Notes: a model not told the origin generated them from the letters alone. 64,000 nucleotides of DNA from Nemertoderma westbladi (GCA_032718475.1 JAUCBJ010005653.1:6447-70446); one strand, 5' to 3'. Shown: positions 27,723-42,800, numbered from the stretch's first letter. Made by a program: numbers and translations.

Positions 27723-28980
27723 ATGTAACGCTTTCCAATAATTGGCAATTTTGATAAGCATTTCCGTCTTCATATTATTAACCATGATACATCAGCAGAG
27801 CGAGAAAATTTTACTCCTGTGGTTATTCATAATTTGCCTCTGAAACCAATTAAAAAGGTAAATTTAAAAAGGTAAATTTTACCTAGCTAGTCCTATAAAA
27901 TTTTTAGCTTCGCGGCACAGAAGAAAACTGTTTTATAAAATATTCATTTTTTAGCTAACAATTAAAACTGTAAGATTAAACTTAAACCGTAAAACTAAAA
28001 AATTTCCAGTAAATTAATAGATAATAATGATGAGACATTCATAACATCAATGTTATAAAAATATAAATTATATCACTACAATGTATAATTAAAATAATAA
28101 TAATAATTGAAATATATAAACTTTTCTACATCTTTTGATTATTTATGAGGATCATTTGATGATTTTTTTCCAAATTATTTATTTATATAATATAATAGGA
28201 CAATGTGATAATGCTCCACATAGCGAATAATATCATTGAGTGATTAGTTGGCCTAAATATGATATTCCACTCTATAGATAATTCTTCATCCGTCCTGGTA
28301 GCTCAGTACACACACCCGGCTGAAGATAACCGGAAATTTGAAACCTAGGTACCGGGTTCAAGCCCCAATAGGGTCGGTTGAAATATTTCGCTATGGAGAG
28401 CATTGTCATATTGTCCTATTTACATTTAATTCACCGTCACTTAGACTCACCCCACAACAATTCATTTATTATTATTAATTATTTATTTAGATGATTTTCC
28501 AAAAATAATGTAAATTTCAGTATGTAAATTAAAGAAATATTGTTGTTTATTTTAATGAAGTGTTTATTATTTTTCTGCTTTCTGCTTGAACGATTATACT
28601 AATTTGGTATTATGTTTTTTCTCTGAGTGTAGCTATCTAATAAACTGAGTTAGATGTAGACCCATACTGTCTTATGAATTTATTCAATTCACCTCATACA
28701 TATACCTATACCTGGTGATATAAAATTAATATAAATTCCCTGTAAACAATGCACGCTGAAGGTGGGGCATAGCCTTCTGACAAATTAGAAGTTAAATTAT
28801 ATAAAACAAATAATTCTAATGTTTTCCACTCATTTCTTATATAGTTAGTTATGTTTTAAAATGTAAAAACTGCTGATGGAAATTTTGTTGTTAAAAATTA
28901 AAATGTTATTTTTTCATGGTAAACCTTGCTCCCTATACTTCTTGCTGCTCTCAGAAATATTGAAATTGATAATTGCAATA

Positions 28981-31900
28981 TATATCCCAAAGTTTCAGAT
29001 TGTCACTATTTAGCTAAGTATATCCCACGGTTACGGATTGGAACTATTTAGCTAAGTATATCCCACGATTACGGATTGTCACTATTTAGCTAAGTATATC
29101 CCACGGTTACGGATTGGAACTATTTAGCTAAGTATATCCCACGATTACGGATTGGAACTATTTAGCTAAGTATATCCCACGGTTACGGATTGGAACTATT
29201 TAGCTAAGTATATCCCATGGTTACGGATTGGAACTATTTAGCTAAGTATATCCCACGATTACGGATTGGAACTATTTAGCTAAGTATATCCCACGGTTAC
29301 GGATTGGAACTATTTAGCTAAGTATATCCCATGGTTACGAATTGGAACTATTTAGCTAAGTATATCCCACGGTTACGGATTGGAACTATTTAGCTAAGTA
29401 TATCCCACGGTTACGGATTGGAACTATTTAGCTAAGTATCTCCCACGGTTACGGATTGGAACTATTTAGCTAAGTATATCCCACGGTTACGGATTGGAAC
29501 TATTTAGCTAAGTATATCCCACGGTTACGGATTGGAACTATTTAGCTAAGTATATCCCACGGTTACGGATTGGAACTATTTAGCTAAGTATATCCCACGG
29601 TTACGGATTGGAACTATTTAGCTAAGTATATCCCACGGTTACGGATTGGAACTATTTAGCTAAGTATATCCCACGGTTACGGATTGGAACTATTTAGCTA
29701 AGTATATCCCACGGTTACGGATTGGAACTATTTAGCTAAGTATATCCCACGGTTACGGATTGGAACTATTTAGCTAAGTATATCCCACGGTTACGGATTG
29801 GAACTATTTAGCTAAGTATATCCCACGGTTACGAATTGGAACTATTTAGCTAAGTATATCCCACGGTTACGAATTGGAACTATTTAGCTAAGTATATCCC
29901 ACGGTTACGAATTAGAACTATTTAGCTAAGTATATCCCACGGTTACGGATTGGAACTATTTAGCTAAGTATATCCCACGGTTACGAATTGGAACTATTTA
30001 GCTAAGTATATCCCACGGTTATGGATTGGAACTATTTAGCTAAGTATATCCCACGGTTACGGATTGGAACTATTTAGCTAAGTATATCCCACGGTTACGG
30101 ATTGGAACTATTTAGCTAAGTATATCCCACGGTTACGAATTGGAACTATTTAGCTAAGTATATCCCACGGTTACGAATTGGAACTATTTAGCTAAGTATA
30201 TCCCACGGTTACGGATTGGAACTATTTAGCTAAGTATATCCCACGGTTACGGATTGGAACTATTTAGCTAAGTATATCCCACGGTTACGGATTGGAACTA
30301 TTTAGCTAAGTATATCCCACGGTTATGGATTGGAACTATTTAGCTAAGTATATCCCATGGTTACGAATTGGAACTATTTAGCTAAGTATATCCCACGGTT
30401 ACGGATTGGAACTATTTAGCTAAGTATATCCCACGGTTACGGATTGGAACTATTTAGCTAAGTATATCCCACGGTTATGGATTGGAACTATTTAGCTAAG
30501 TATATCCCACGGTTACGGATTGGAACTATTTAGCTAAGTATATCCCACGGTTACGGATTGGAACTATTTAGCTAAGTATATCCCATGGTTACGGATTGGA
30601 ACTATTTAGCTAAGTATATCCCATGGTTACGGATTGGAACTATTTAGCTAAGTATATCCCATGGTTACGGATTGGAACTATTTAGCTAAGTATATCCCAT
30701 GGTTACGGATTGGAACTATTTAGCTAAGTATATCCCACGGTTACGAATTGGAACTATTTAGCTAAGTATATCCCACGGTTATGGATTGGAACTATTTAGC
30801 TAAGTATATCCCATGGTTACGGAATGGAACTATTTAGCTAAGTATATCCCACGGTTACGGATTGGAACTATTTAGCTAAGTATATCCCACGGTTATGGAT
30901 TGGAACTATTTAGCTAAGTATATCCCACGGTTACGGATTGGAACTATTTAGCTAAGTATATCCCACGGTTACGGATTGGAACTATTTAGCTAAGTATATC
31001 CCACGGTTACGAATTGGAACTATTTAGCTAAGTATATCCCACGGTTACGGATTGGAACTATTTAGCTAAGTATATCCCACGGTTACGGATTGGAACTATT
31101 TAGCTAAGTATATCCCATGGTTACGGATTGGAACTATTTAGCTAAGTATATCCCACGGTTACGAATTGGAACTATTTAGCTAAGTATATCCCACGGTTAT
31201 GGATTGGAACTATTTAGCTAAGTATATCCCACGGTTACGGATTGGAACTATTTAGCTAAGTATATCCCACGGTTACGGATTGGAACTATTTAGCTAAGTA
31301 TATCCCACGGTTACGAATTGGAACTATTTAGCTAAGTATATCCCACGGGTACGGATTGGAACTATTTAGCTAAGTATATCCCACGGTTACGGATTGGAAC
31401 TATTTAGCTAAGTATATCCCACGGTTACGGATTGGAACTATTTAGCTAAGTATATCCCACGGTTACGGATTGGAACTATTTAGCTAAGTATATCCCACGG
31501 TTACGGATTGGAACTATTTAGCTAAGTATATCCCACGGTTACGGATTGGAACTATTTAGCTAAGTATATCCCACGGTTACGAATTGGAACTATTTAGCTA
31601 AGTATATCCCACGGTTACGGATTGGAACTATTTAGCTAAGTATATCCCACGGTTACGAATTGGAACTATTTAGCTAAGTATATCCCACGGTTACGGATTG
31701 GAACTATTTAGCTAAGTATATCCCACGGTTACGGATTGGAACTATTTAGCTAAGTATATCCCACGGTTACGAATTGGAACTATTTAGCGAAGTATATCCC
31801 ACGGTTACGGATTGGAACTATTTAGCTAAGTATATCCCACGGTTACGGATTGGAACTATTTAGCTAAGTATATCCCACGGTTACGGATTGGAACTATTTA

Positions 31901-32131
31901 GCTAAGTATATCCCACGGTTACGGTTGGAACTATTTAGCTAAGTATATCCCACGGTTACGGATTGGAACTATTTAGCTAAGTATATCCCACGGTTACGGA
32001 TTGGAACTATATAGCTAAGTATCTCCCACGGTTACGGATTGGAACTATTTAGCTAAGTATATCCCACGGTTAGGGATTGGAACTATTTAGCTAAGTATAT
32101 CCCACGGTTACGGATTGGAACTATTTAGCTA
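28981..32131 (+). repeat. 38-bp minisatellite (ggaactatttagctaagtatatcccacggttacggatt), about 83 copies
   Basis: Head-to-tail units with no spacers. Confidence 0.98.
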
Positions 32132-33775
32132 CCTCGCCCCCTGGGCTACGAGACTTTTCGAAACTCTGAAACCCACCGTGTGTGTTCAAGTGGACTGATA
32201 TCGATCAAAAATTTTCAATGGAATTTGTAGATAACCATTACGCGATCAATAGTGAGGCTATACTGGCCACTAAGCTCACAGCCATCACATTACATACAAC
32301 GTATCACAGTGTTAGGGTATAACTTCCCCAAGATCTCCACATTAGCAGCAGTATTGAGTAGCACTCCTCGTCTTCGTACAAATGCGAATCACTCGCTGTT
32401 TACTGCCCCACACTGCCAAGCAGCCTCAGGAAGCAATGTACTTCCTTGGAATGCTTCAAACAGGCCAGTTATCTTTTTACCTCTCAGAAATTTACAACAG
32501 GTACTATATATTGTGCACAAGGCAAGGGCAAGCCAATATGCAGATTGTTTCAATCAGAGTTTGTTCGGGACGTATGGCCATTGTTTATTATCTACCGCAA
32601 CACAATATACAAGCAATTACTACTGGTTAGAGCTAAGAGACTTTCACATATAAATTTCTAATTTCAATTATAATCTAGGCCTATACAGCAATCAGCTTGT
32701 CCATTGTAATTTCGTGATGCTACTGTCCTAACTACTTGTATCTGGTTTTCCAAGTTATCAACTGAAGGTGTAACTATTTTTACCTGTTCCACCATGAAGC
32801 TAGTAGAATCTGGTTTGGTTGGTATCAGAATCTATGTTACCTACCTGACATATTTTATATTAAGCGTCTGTAAGTAAGAAAAATGAAAATCAGACCATTT
32901 GAGAACAGGTTGAATTAGCCTAACATACTAGCTATATACTGTTGTTCTATTATACTGATGTTTGGAATGTAAACCATTCAGCCAAATAGTATATATTACA
33001 TAATAACAACATTATGCTTGCTTGAGTACACCAGAACTCCTGACAAGCGGTATGACAAGTTCTGATATTGTTAATATGTTTCATTAATTGGTTGGAATTA
33101 TTTTCCATTTATGTAGAATATATTTTGTGTAGTAAATGTACAGATTGTCTGGATGTTCAATAATGATATAATATGGAGAAATTATATTAACTCTGTAGAT
33201 ATCATAAAATGCATAATGAATATATTCGCTTATATAGTTCATGTAAGTTTCAGGTAAGAGCACATCCCCATCATCATCACCACCAGCAGTGTTTATCATA
33301 ACTCAGCAATCTGTTTCCAGCTGGTAGGCCGCAAGACCTACCAGCCTACTTACTTTTGACAGTTTCTTTCATATATCCTTTTGTGATTTCAAAGACAATT
33401 CTTTTCAATTGAGGATTTTCATTCATAAACTCGATGAGTCTTTCACTTTCCGGCCATTCATGGAATGTCAATCCGATGATTGCGAATTATAAAGGTGTTG
33501 CAGTGCTTGTAATTCTTTATATTATGGGGGAGCAGATGATTCCTGTAATGCAATATGTAATAATAAACGTTGTACTTGAACAAAGTAAACATTTAACAAT
33601 TAATTAATTAGTTTTAATCACTTAATATAAACCTCAGTCAGATGAATAAAGTTAGCTATTCAAGTTGAAGTATATAACGATGTTTGTTTAGCAACTCATC
33701 ATCAAAGAACTGTAAATGTAAGATAAATAGTTGTTAAGATTTCAACAGCTTGAGATTTATTTTTGTTTCTCACAG

Positions 33776-33866
33776 CGACGAGCTGATGTGCTAAACTACA
33801 ACAATATACCAACGGAGTACCTACCTGATGGAACTGGTCATCTCGTCACACACCCAATTATTGCAG
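33776..33866 (+). CDS. PTBP1: PTBP N-terminal exon ([30 protein letters not shown]), first half of the bipartite NLS
   Basis: Acceptor ttttgtttctcacag, donor cag|gttaat, phase 0 to 1, as in the human RGSDEL exon. Confidence 0.7.
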
Positions 33867-36800
33867 GTTAATAATATTTCTAAGTAAATTACATTTATGT
33901 AGTATGTTATTTATTACAGTGCTTTTTATAATATTCGTTTGTAAACAGAGGGGTCTTGAAGGTCTTACATGGTCATTATTATGCTGGTCTCGCTTGGGTC
34001 TTACAACGATAGTATAAAAAGGGAGACAAAACCAACATGAGTGTATCATATCATGAGTCTATCAGGTTATGTTCTCATATCATGCAAAATCATCATTGAA
34101 AAACAATACTATGTGTCTCTTATATGGGTCTTATATGGTTTCTCACATTTGACACTATTTCACACTGGACAAACTTGTCATTTTTTTAGCAGTAAAGAAG
34201 TTTTCAAAGCGTTTGTAAACGGATATAATGATGTACAATGGTCTCCAACGTTTAAACGTGATGATTTAACATTACATAATCTAGTACTTAATTGACAAAT
34301 TATTTTATGTTTTAGGAATTGCCTCAAATGAAGCCAAAAAGGTAAGCCTGTTATAATATATACCTAATGATTGTTTTATTATTATGTCTTAAATCATAAA
34401 CAAATTATTGTTTTGCGATAGTTTATCATTTGGAAAATCACTACCATAACTTTTCAAAGCAATGACACTTGCAAACACTTGACGCTAGTCTACAGCTAAT
34501 AATCGTCTTTCATTGCTGGTGTCTACAAAAATTCCATGCTATTAGTGAGTATTTTTGACATGCATATTAATAATACAAAGAAGATAACAGAGGAAATCTA
34601 CTACAGCATGTATCAAAAATGGTGGTCAATAGTTATTTTTTTGTGGTTGCAGAAGATTATCATTACCGGTAGATAGATGAAGTTAGTTGTTGGTTTCTTT
34701 TGTACTGCATCAATCAGCGTAACCAGTGCAACCTACAGGGTAACAGGTGGTTCCTGGCCTAGCAATTTCCGTGAGCATTATGCTAAGAATAATGAGACAG
34801 GGTAGTGACTAGCATTCAAGATTGCGCCTATATAAACCAGGCGCCTATGTATGCCGGTGTTCTGATGCGGAAGTTGTGTTTCAGTTAGCTTAGGCTGCAT
34901 ATCTCAAAATATTCATTGTGGGGGATCATTGGTCAAGAGGGGAGGCTACTCTAGTAACCCACTCGGACGTTAATGCACTGACAAAATAATTTATGAATTG
35001 ATTAGCGTTCTAGACTGTAATTATGTATTGTATGTGTACTACATACTGCACACACACTCAGGTTGCAGTAATACAGTATATGTTTGAAATATTGAAGGAT
35101 TATACAATTGACACTGCATTTAAATTTTCATTTATATCCACCAAAACATTCTTGATTATTCAATATATTGAATATTCCTGCATCTGAGAATTACTGCTGT
35201 CATGGACAGACCATCTGGTTGATATGGAAAAATGCAGGGTGGCTGAATTGGGCCTAGAACGATATCAGTCTCAGACCGGTTTATAAAATGTATCTCCTTA
35301 TTAAGACTTACCATTTCCTAAAGTAAGCCAAGTAGGCTGTGTAGAAAATGACCTTTTAGTCCAACGCCTTATAATCTTCGATGAAAGTTGAGGTTTGGTA
35401 TAAAAGGACAGGAGCAAAAAATCCTTATATTTGTTTGAAGATGTGTCTCCGACACCGAAGATGTGTCTCCGACACCGAAGATGTGTCTCCGACACCGAAG
35501 ATGTGTCTCCGACACCGAAGATGTGTCTCCGACACCGAAGATGTGTCTCCGACACCGAAGATGTGTCTCCGACACCGAAGATGTGTCTCCGACACCATCA
35601 TTTTCTTTCAACAATGTCTTACTAATTGTGAAGACAAAATTGTATGCTCCCTTATGGAGTTGGTTGACTTCTAGTAAACATTTTTGCATAGACTTTCACC
35701 TCATCCAATCAGCAATGTTTGATTTAGTTAGCGAGAAAAATCTCCAAAACAAGAGTGGGGTGATTATATCTTGAGATATTGAACAAATACTAACTAAACT
35801 TAAAAATACAATGCATAATTCACAATTTGTACAATAATTTCTAGATAACTGATTACTCCACACTCCTTTTAAATGGTTATTTGGTATGTATAAACAGCGA
35901 TGTTGTAGTTCAAACGAGGCTGGTGTATCAGTGCAACAACAGTACTATAACTTTGGGATAAATAAATGAGATACTAACTCCACAAGCAATTAATTATTCA
36001 ATGTATTTTTTTTTAATCATGATTGTGTTGCACTAAACATCCACTGTCATCAAAATTTATAAGTGGTTTGGCCGTGTTCATGTTCATTAGGTGAACCTCA
36101 TACTGCAGCAGTATCTGCTGCACTTTCGAGGACTTACATGCAGGTTTTAGGTTTGAAATTTATATTATCAAGTCCGTGTCGAATTTATGTCGAATTTATA
36201 TTAGTTTGTTAATCGACGGTGCTTAACAATAATAATTGTTATATACTGTAAATAATTATATATATGTAGAGGGAAGCTATGCCTCTCAACAGTAGCAGCA
36301 ACTGTCAGACTTGGTTAATATTAACACATTTATAAATGTCTTTAATTTCGCTATCGGTACGCAATGTACAGATGAACCCAATTAAGCGTGACTGTGTGCA
36401 TGCTAGCGTAGCGCTGTGATATTAGCCTGCCATAGGATCAAGGGGCCCTGTATTCCCTTACGGTGAGTCTCTGTTTCATTAGTTTGCGTTGGACTTGGTC
36501 GCCCATGCGGCCCTTTCCCACATTGCCCGGGACTATGTATTAGCAGCTGGCCAACTTCAACAACCACCATTAAAATCGCCTCTCCAGAGGGCACTAAATT
36601 TTTATTAAGAAATTGTACCAAAGATCCCCATTAAAATAAGGTTAGGTGTACATAGTGTTGGAGAGTTTTGTACTCTAGGGTACTGTTGCGTCTGTACCCT
36701 AGTACAATATTTGTAGAAAATTAATGTAATAAAAAATTGCGACATTTATTATTATTTGCTGAAGAAATACTATCCCAGGCATGGATTGCATAGCATACAT

Positions 36801-39800
36801 CAATACAGCTACCACTAAAATACATTCTGTTTTCTGCGCAAAATTTCTTCAAATACACTAGTACATGAGTAAGTCAACAGTTTCTCCGTCATGGATACAT
36901 ATATGTGGGTGGATGGGGGGGGTGGGGGGCTGATAGTGTGGTTCTTGTGAATAATCTGTAAAATGTGCTATTGACTTTCTATTATATTATATTATTCTTA
37001 CATATCCAATGAACGTTCAATATCCAATCACATTACAGCCATAGCAGCGTATTGAAATAAAAACATTAATACACTGAAATTGCACTTAAAATAATAAATA
37101 TCTAGTAAAAAAAAGTTGAGTGGTAATAGATAACAGAATTGTACATGTACACAGGCACAAGTGAAGTAATTATATATACGGGAGTAAAATATTAGAGATT
37201 AAAAATATTAAAATCATAGTTACTCAACGATCACTCTTTAAACATATTCAAAATGTATTACAGATAATCTGTAATCTAAAATCTATTTCTCGATTGTGAT
37301 AAGCTGACATTCGTTTATTGTTTTGGTTAGAATAACCCGCCACTATTACCTGCTCCTTTCCAGTAATAGATAATTAACATGGTTAATTCGTCGAGACGAT
37401 ATAATAATTAGCCGAGATAGGATTTCCGTCTTCAAGCCCCCCAAACTGTCTCGAAGGATATCATTAAATTAAAAGGTCTTACAAGGTTTATAACTAGAAT
37501 ACTGAAATTGCAAGGCTGGCAGTCAAACTATAACCGATTTGCTTATAAAGAATACAGAAACACAGAATACAACCTAAAGAATTCTGCCACATTCATCTAT
37601 CATATTATCTATACCTATAAAAATCAAATTCTCTCTCTCTCTCTCTGTGTTCGAACTCCTCCAAAACGGGCAGAGGGATTGCGCTGGGACTTGGCATGTG
37701 TGTATAACTTTAACCAGCGGTCGTTATAGGCCACTCTTCGAAAAGTATAATTCACGTTCGGTACCGGTACTGGGTACCGGTACGTCAGTAGGCCTATACC
37801 GGTATCAGTACGCCAGTAGGCATATGCCGGTAGCGGGAAATACTGGGTAACATGCCTCGGGTATTGCCTGCTAGTATACCGATAAAATAAACAGGAAAAT
37901 CTTCAAGCAAGTGAAAGTTAACCCGTAAAGTAATAGTAAATTAATGAGTAAACCAATAACATAGACTGGGGATAGCGTTTCCTGCTCCTATAAATTGGTA
38001 ATTAATTACTCTATGGTAATATGGGTCTCTGTGTCCTTATTACCTAGGAGGTGCAGTTAGTTATGGGCTCTTAACAGAAGAAACCTTTCCTGCAATAATA
38101 GTAAACGGTACCGCAAACACTACCAGCATGGTACAAGTGGCCTGCTGATCGTAAGGGGAAATTCTAACTCACAAGCCATTAGAAGCGAGAGGCATACACT
38201 ACGTTATGCCTACCTATTGATGATAATGGACATACAACTTCCTATTTGCTGTAAAAAATTTATCAGGAACCGGTAGTGGACTCACAACAGGTTGCTATGT
38301 AACAGAGTACTTTTATCAAATTCTATTTCGTGTAATTTTCTTCTGTAAGTTTTCCTAATTGTGAAAATAACTTTTTTATGTTAATTTTTGAACAGTTTGT
38401 GACTCAAGGAACTATCAATACAGAATTAAATAAAACGCCCTGAACTATCTCCGATTCTTAGCACACTTCTGCTTGGCTTGTATTTAAACAACTTCATATG
38501 AAATTCGACTCATCTCGCTCATAAATTACCCACGGTAGTGAAAAAAACGTATAGTATACTACAAAGCCAACTTATATATTATTAGTAATATAAAACCAAG
38601 GCTTCACTTGGCTTTGTAAATTTGGAGCGGAAACCGGTATCTTGTAACAATAAGGCTTTGAAGCAAAAAGTAAAGAGTATATAAACCTGTGGGCTTTGAA
38701 GAGAAATCCCTCGGGAAACTAGACATCCATCATTTAGCCATTCCATCTTGGCAACCCATACTTAGGCAGCTGTCCTTCTTTTCATTAGCAATGTGTTTGA
38801 CAGAAGGAGTAGGTTATTGGAGCTGGTGCGTGTGCAGAGGATGTAGCAACAGCAATATTACTTACTGCTCGATAGCTCGGGATTATATTCCTATATACCC
38901 ATAATATCTACGATTTAACTACACACTTATAATGCGCACAATACCAATATTCTCACGCATATTGAACTCCACTCACTGTGTAAGTGTAACGTTTCATGTC
39001 TTATATTTAGATATTTGGATGTATTATATTTTGGAAATTAACCTTGCTGTCATTAAGTTGAGTCTCATTGTAATAAGCTGGGGCCTCTCTACCCTCTACG
39101 CAATCGAAATGGAATACGGAAATTCACACAAATAACATCTGATTTTTCAACTGTAAAAAATTAAACAGGATCCTTTTCTATTGACATTCGTTTATTGTTT
39201 CGGTTAGAAATACTAAAAGAGTAGCCTGGTTCCTTCCATTAATTGATATGTAACATTGTTAATTCGCCGAGATGGGATATGAGTCAATAAAAAATCCCCA
39301 ATATCTTTATTTTACTAAGAGACAATAAAATCCCAAAATGTACAAATTACAAAAAACGAGTAATTACCTACTTGGGCATGGGCAATGGGCATGGGCGGGC
39401 AATACGACCCTAATATGCATCCTATAGGTTGTGTAGCTCTAATAACAACCCAAGATAGTGATGACTTTGTACGAAACATATTATTATTATATCATTATGA
39501 GAAAATATTTAATAATTAGGAAAATAGATAATGATTTTCTTAGAATATTGTGGTTTGGAGCAAAAAAAAATTTTTGTTACTGTTATACAATTTAAATAAA
39601 TTTAAATTGCATTGAAAATTATTCTAAAAATGTTTCAGTAAACTTAAATCCCAATCAAACTATAAATCACTCTCCATGCATATCACCATATTGGTAAGGA
39701 TTCTTTTAGTTCCAGCATTATCAGTAAAAATAAAGAACATTATAAATTATTAGCGTCGAATCTAATAATATTTTCAGATAAGTTAATACACAGGGGAATA

Positions 39801-42800
39801 ATGTCTGATGCTAAATAAATACTTATTTCCCGATAGGAGACACTTTGCCCTGAATCAAATCATTACGGCTGGAATTACCCCATCCCACTCGCTCTATGGG
39901 GACTCAGTAGGCATTCGCATAGCTTCTTTATTACCCACAATAGAATACGATTATATCGTAGCTCGGGTTCATTATAATGTCATAAACAATTAATCGATTA
40001 ATGAATATTAAAAGAGTTTAAATGACTGTTTATAATAGATTGTTACTGTATATATTATCTTTGCATAAATCATCAAAGATTATAGATGTCATATATTCTA
40101 CAAACTGGCTCTTCGGTGATTGAATTTAAATTGTATCTTACAGTTTAATTTGATCGTCAGAATTTTGTTTGATAGAATCTTTGTAAACATGGTAAAATAG
40201 TAAGCGGATGAGATAGTAATTAGTGCGTTTTGACACACTTCTTAATGTTGCATCGTTATGGTTTGGCACGGTTACGGCAATTAAAATTTATATAAATTCA
40301 AAATCATAATAAGCTTTTATTGGCCCAGATGAAGTATACAAGATTTCTGTATTTTAGATTCTGTAGTTGTATTTCAGGTATTTATTTATTTCTCATAGCA
40401 GTGTACACATGTGAAGCATACCAAATTTTCACTAAAAGCCCAGGTTACAAAAGGGCTGAATCTTACCAAAACAATAAATGAATTAGTATATGTACAGGTT
40501 ATATGGTAGAAATAAGCGCTATAAAACACTTAATAAGGAGAATTTAAAAAAAATAAAATTCCATTCGACCGCAAAGTGAAAACCTGGTATTGTTCACATG
40601 GGCGCTTATTTTTATTGCTATAATTTTCCATAAAAGGAAGTTACTGTATAAATTATATAATTTTTATTTAATAAATTATATATGTGGAATCTAATGTTTT
40701 TGCATTATCATGAATAAGATACTCCATTATAATAAATATTGGATGCAAGATGGAAGATTGTACCCTATTCAATAGTGACTGTACTAATTCCCAAAAACTG
40801 TGAATAACGAATCTATTCCGGCATAGGTGGATTGGATATAGCTTAGCAACATCGTATTCGGCAGACAATAATAATAATAATGTTATATAGCGTTTTCTAA
40901 GCTCAGCTTACGTATAGCGCTTTTAATTTTATTACCCCCATCAAAGCTAGGTTCCCACTGAATCGCTGTGTGTTTGCAGTAAGAACTAACCTCTAAAGTG
41001 TCTTTCCTTGACCGTTGTAGGTGAAATTAGACCCGAAACCCATACATCTCGTCAATCAAACTCCATCCAAAGTGGTTCATGTTAGAAACATTCCATCAGA
41101 TGGTACTGAATCAGAAATAGTTTCGCTGGGAATTCCTTTTGGACGGGTAACCAATGTTCTAATGCTGAGAGCAAAAAATCAGGTGAGAATTAATTAATCT
41201 ATACCATTAAAATATTTCAGACCATTAGGAAAATTGTGTAGTAAATCATGATATTTGTAACCTGCTTGATATGTTGTATATGTATGAACTCTGTCTCTAT
41301 ACTCAATAATATAATTATAACTCCAGGTAGGCTTACCTTCTACCTTACTACTGAAACTAAACTGTATGTGACCCTTGCACTGCACAATCACCTTTCCACT
41401 GATTCTATGACCAGGCACTATTACCTGACCAATCATGATTCTATGACCAGGCACAATTAATTACCTAGCCACTGATTTTAATACATTTGCTCCATATCAA
41501 TAATTATAGGACCCTTGTAAAATTGTATGGAAAACAGAGCCCTGAACAGATAGGCCGTAATTAGATGTTTGTACCGTATGCAATATGGGGAATAGAAGCC
41601 ATAAATCGGACTAAAAGTATCCTAAAACCTCTCCCCAAGAAAGAAGACATCAGTGTACAAACAAACTATCGTGAAATCAGTCTCCTTGTGGTTGCTGCCG
41701 AAATATCCATCAAAATTCATAGAATCTAGTGCTTACAATCGAAACAAATAGATCAATAGCTCCTCAGATTCTAGCACTACAAAGATTGTTATAAGGAATT
41801 ATATCAAAGAGACTCCCCGCAGTTCTGACCTTTCTGAACTTCAAGAAAACATTGGACTTCACCAATAGAGGTAATATTCTGGAAATATTGATTAACAGAA
41901 GTAATCGTTGCTGGCATTGCATTGTTATACTTTGACACAGGCACCAGAAACTCTCACCAGATGGTGAAAAAAAACAAAGATTGAAGCTGCAGATATCCTG
42001 CTCAGTTGGGTAAAGATACCGAATTTGAAGATCACTTAGGAATGATCTCGCCCTGATTACCGGTGGAAACATAACGCCAAGGGTAGTATGTAGAAAATAT
42101 CTTTTTCAGGTAACCAAAAAGAGTTTAATCGCCAAATATTTCAACCACGTATAATGCAATATTATACTTCAGGCCTTCATCAGTGGCTAACACGGCAATG
42201 CTACAACTAAAGAACTACCGGCACCAACAGCACTACTATTACTAAAACTACAGCACAATATAAAAACACTAATTGCAAATTTGAATATCACATCACCCTG
42301 CTTTTTAATACGCTTGCGGTTGAGCGCCGGGCCTGCAATCTATTGGTTGTTGGTTCAGCTCCGCCAGGGTCCACTCAGCCTTTCATCCACTGGGGTCGAT
42401 AAAATGAGTACCAGTTAAATAACTGGGAGCAAAACTTGGGATAGGAGTAGCGCCCACCCCTACCCTCTCGGGTAGCAGCTATCGAAAGAGGAGCCTTCGG
42501 GTCGCCTCCGGCTTCGGCCGACTGTTTGCTTTTTTTTTGCATATGAACAATTTCTACTGAGCAAAGTGGGAATGACTACTAAGGGGGTTGGTTGGATTAC
42601 TTGTAAATGCTACCAAAACTGATTCATAGTTCTTTTGGAAGAGGTCATGGATAGAGAGCAGCAGATATGATATTCAAATTAGGAAAGCAAAGACATGGGT
42701 ACGGTAGTTCATCAAAAATAGATCCCATCTGGAAAAAAGACCTATCCCATCACCTGAAACCAAGTTCTTTTGAGTCATAGTGGAAAGTGTACTTTTATAT

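Noticed and set aside
28981-32131. CRISPR array (repeat length 38 bp with an internal palindrome)
   Set aside because: The units are head-to-tail with no unique spacers, there are no cas genes, and the context is eukaryotic.
28752-32180. Transib-like element enclosing the 38-bp array (cacg... / ...cccaccgtg)
   Set aside because: The left end matches poorly and there is no 5-bp TSD.
32252-32653. 133-aa ORF and other short intronic ORFs in the track
   Set aside because: No recognisable motifs, often non-ATG starts, and consistent with chance ORFs.
35301-35774. Five overlapping repetitive ORFs
   Set aside because: All derive from the 20-bp tandem repeat.
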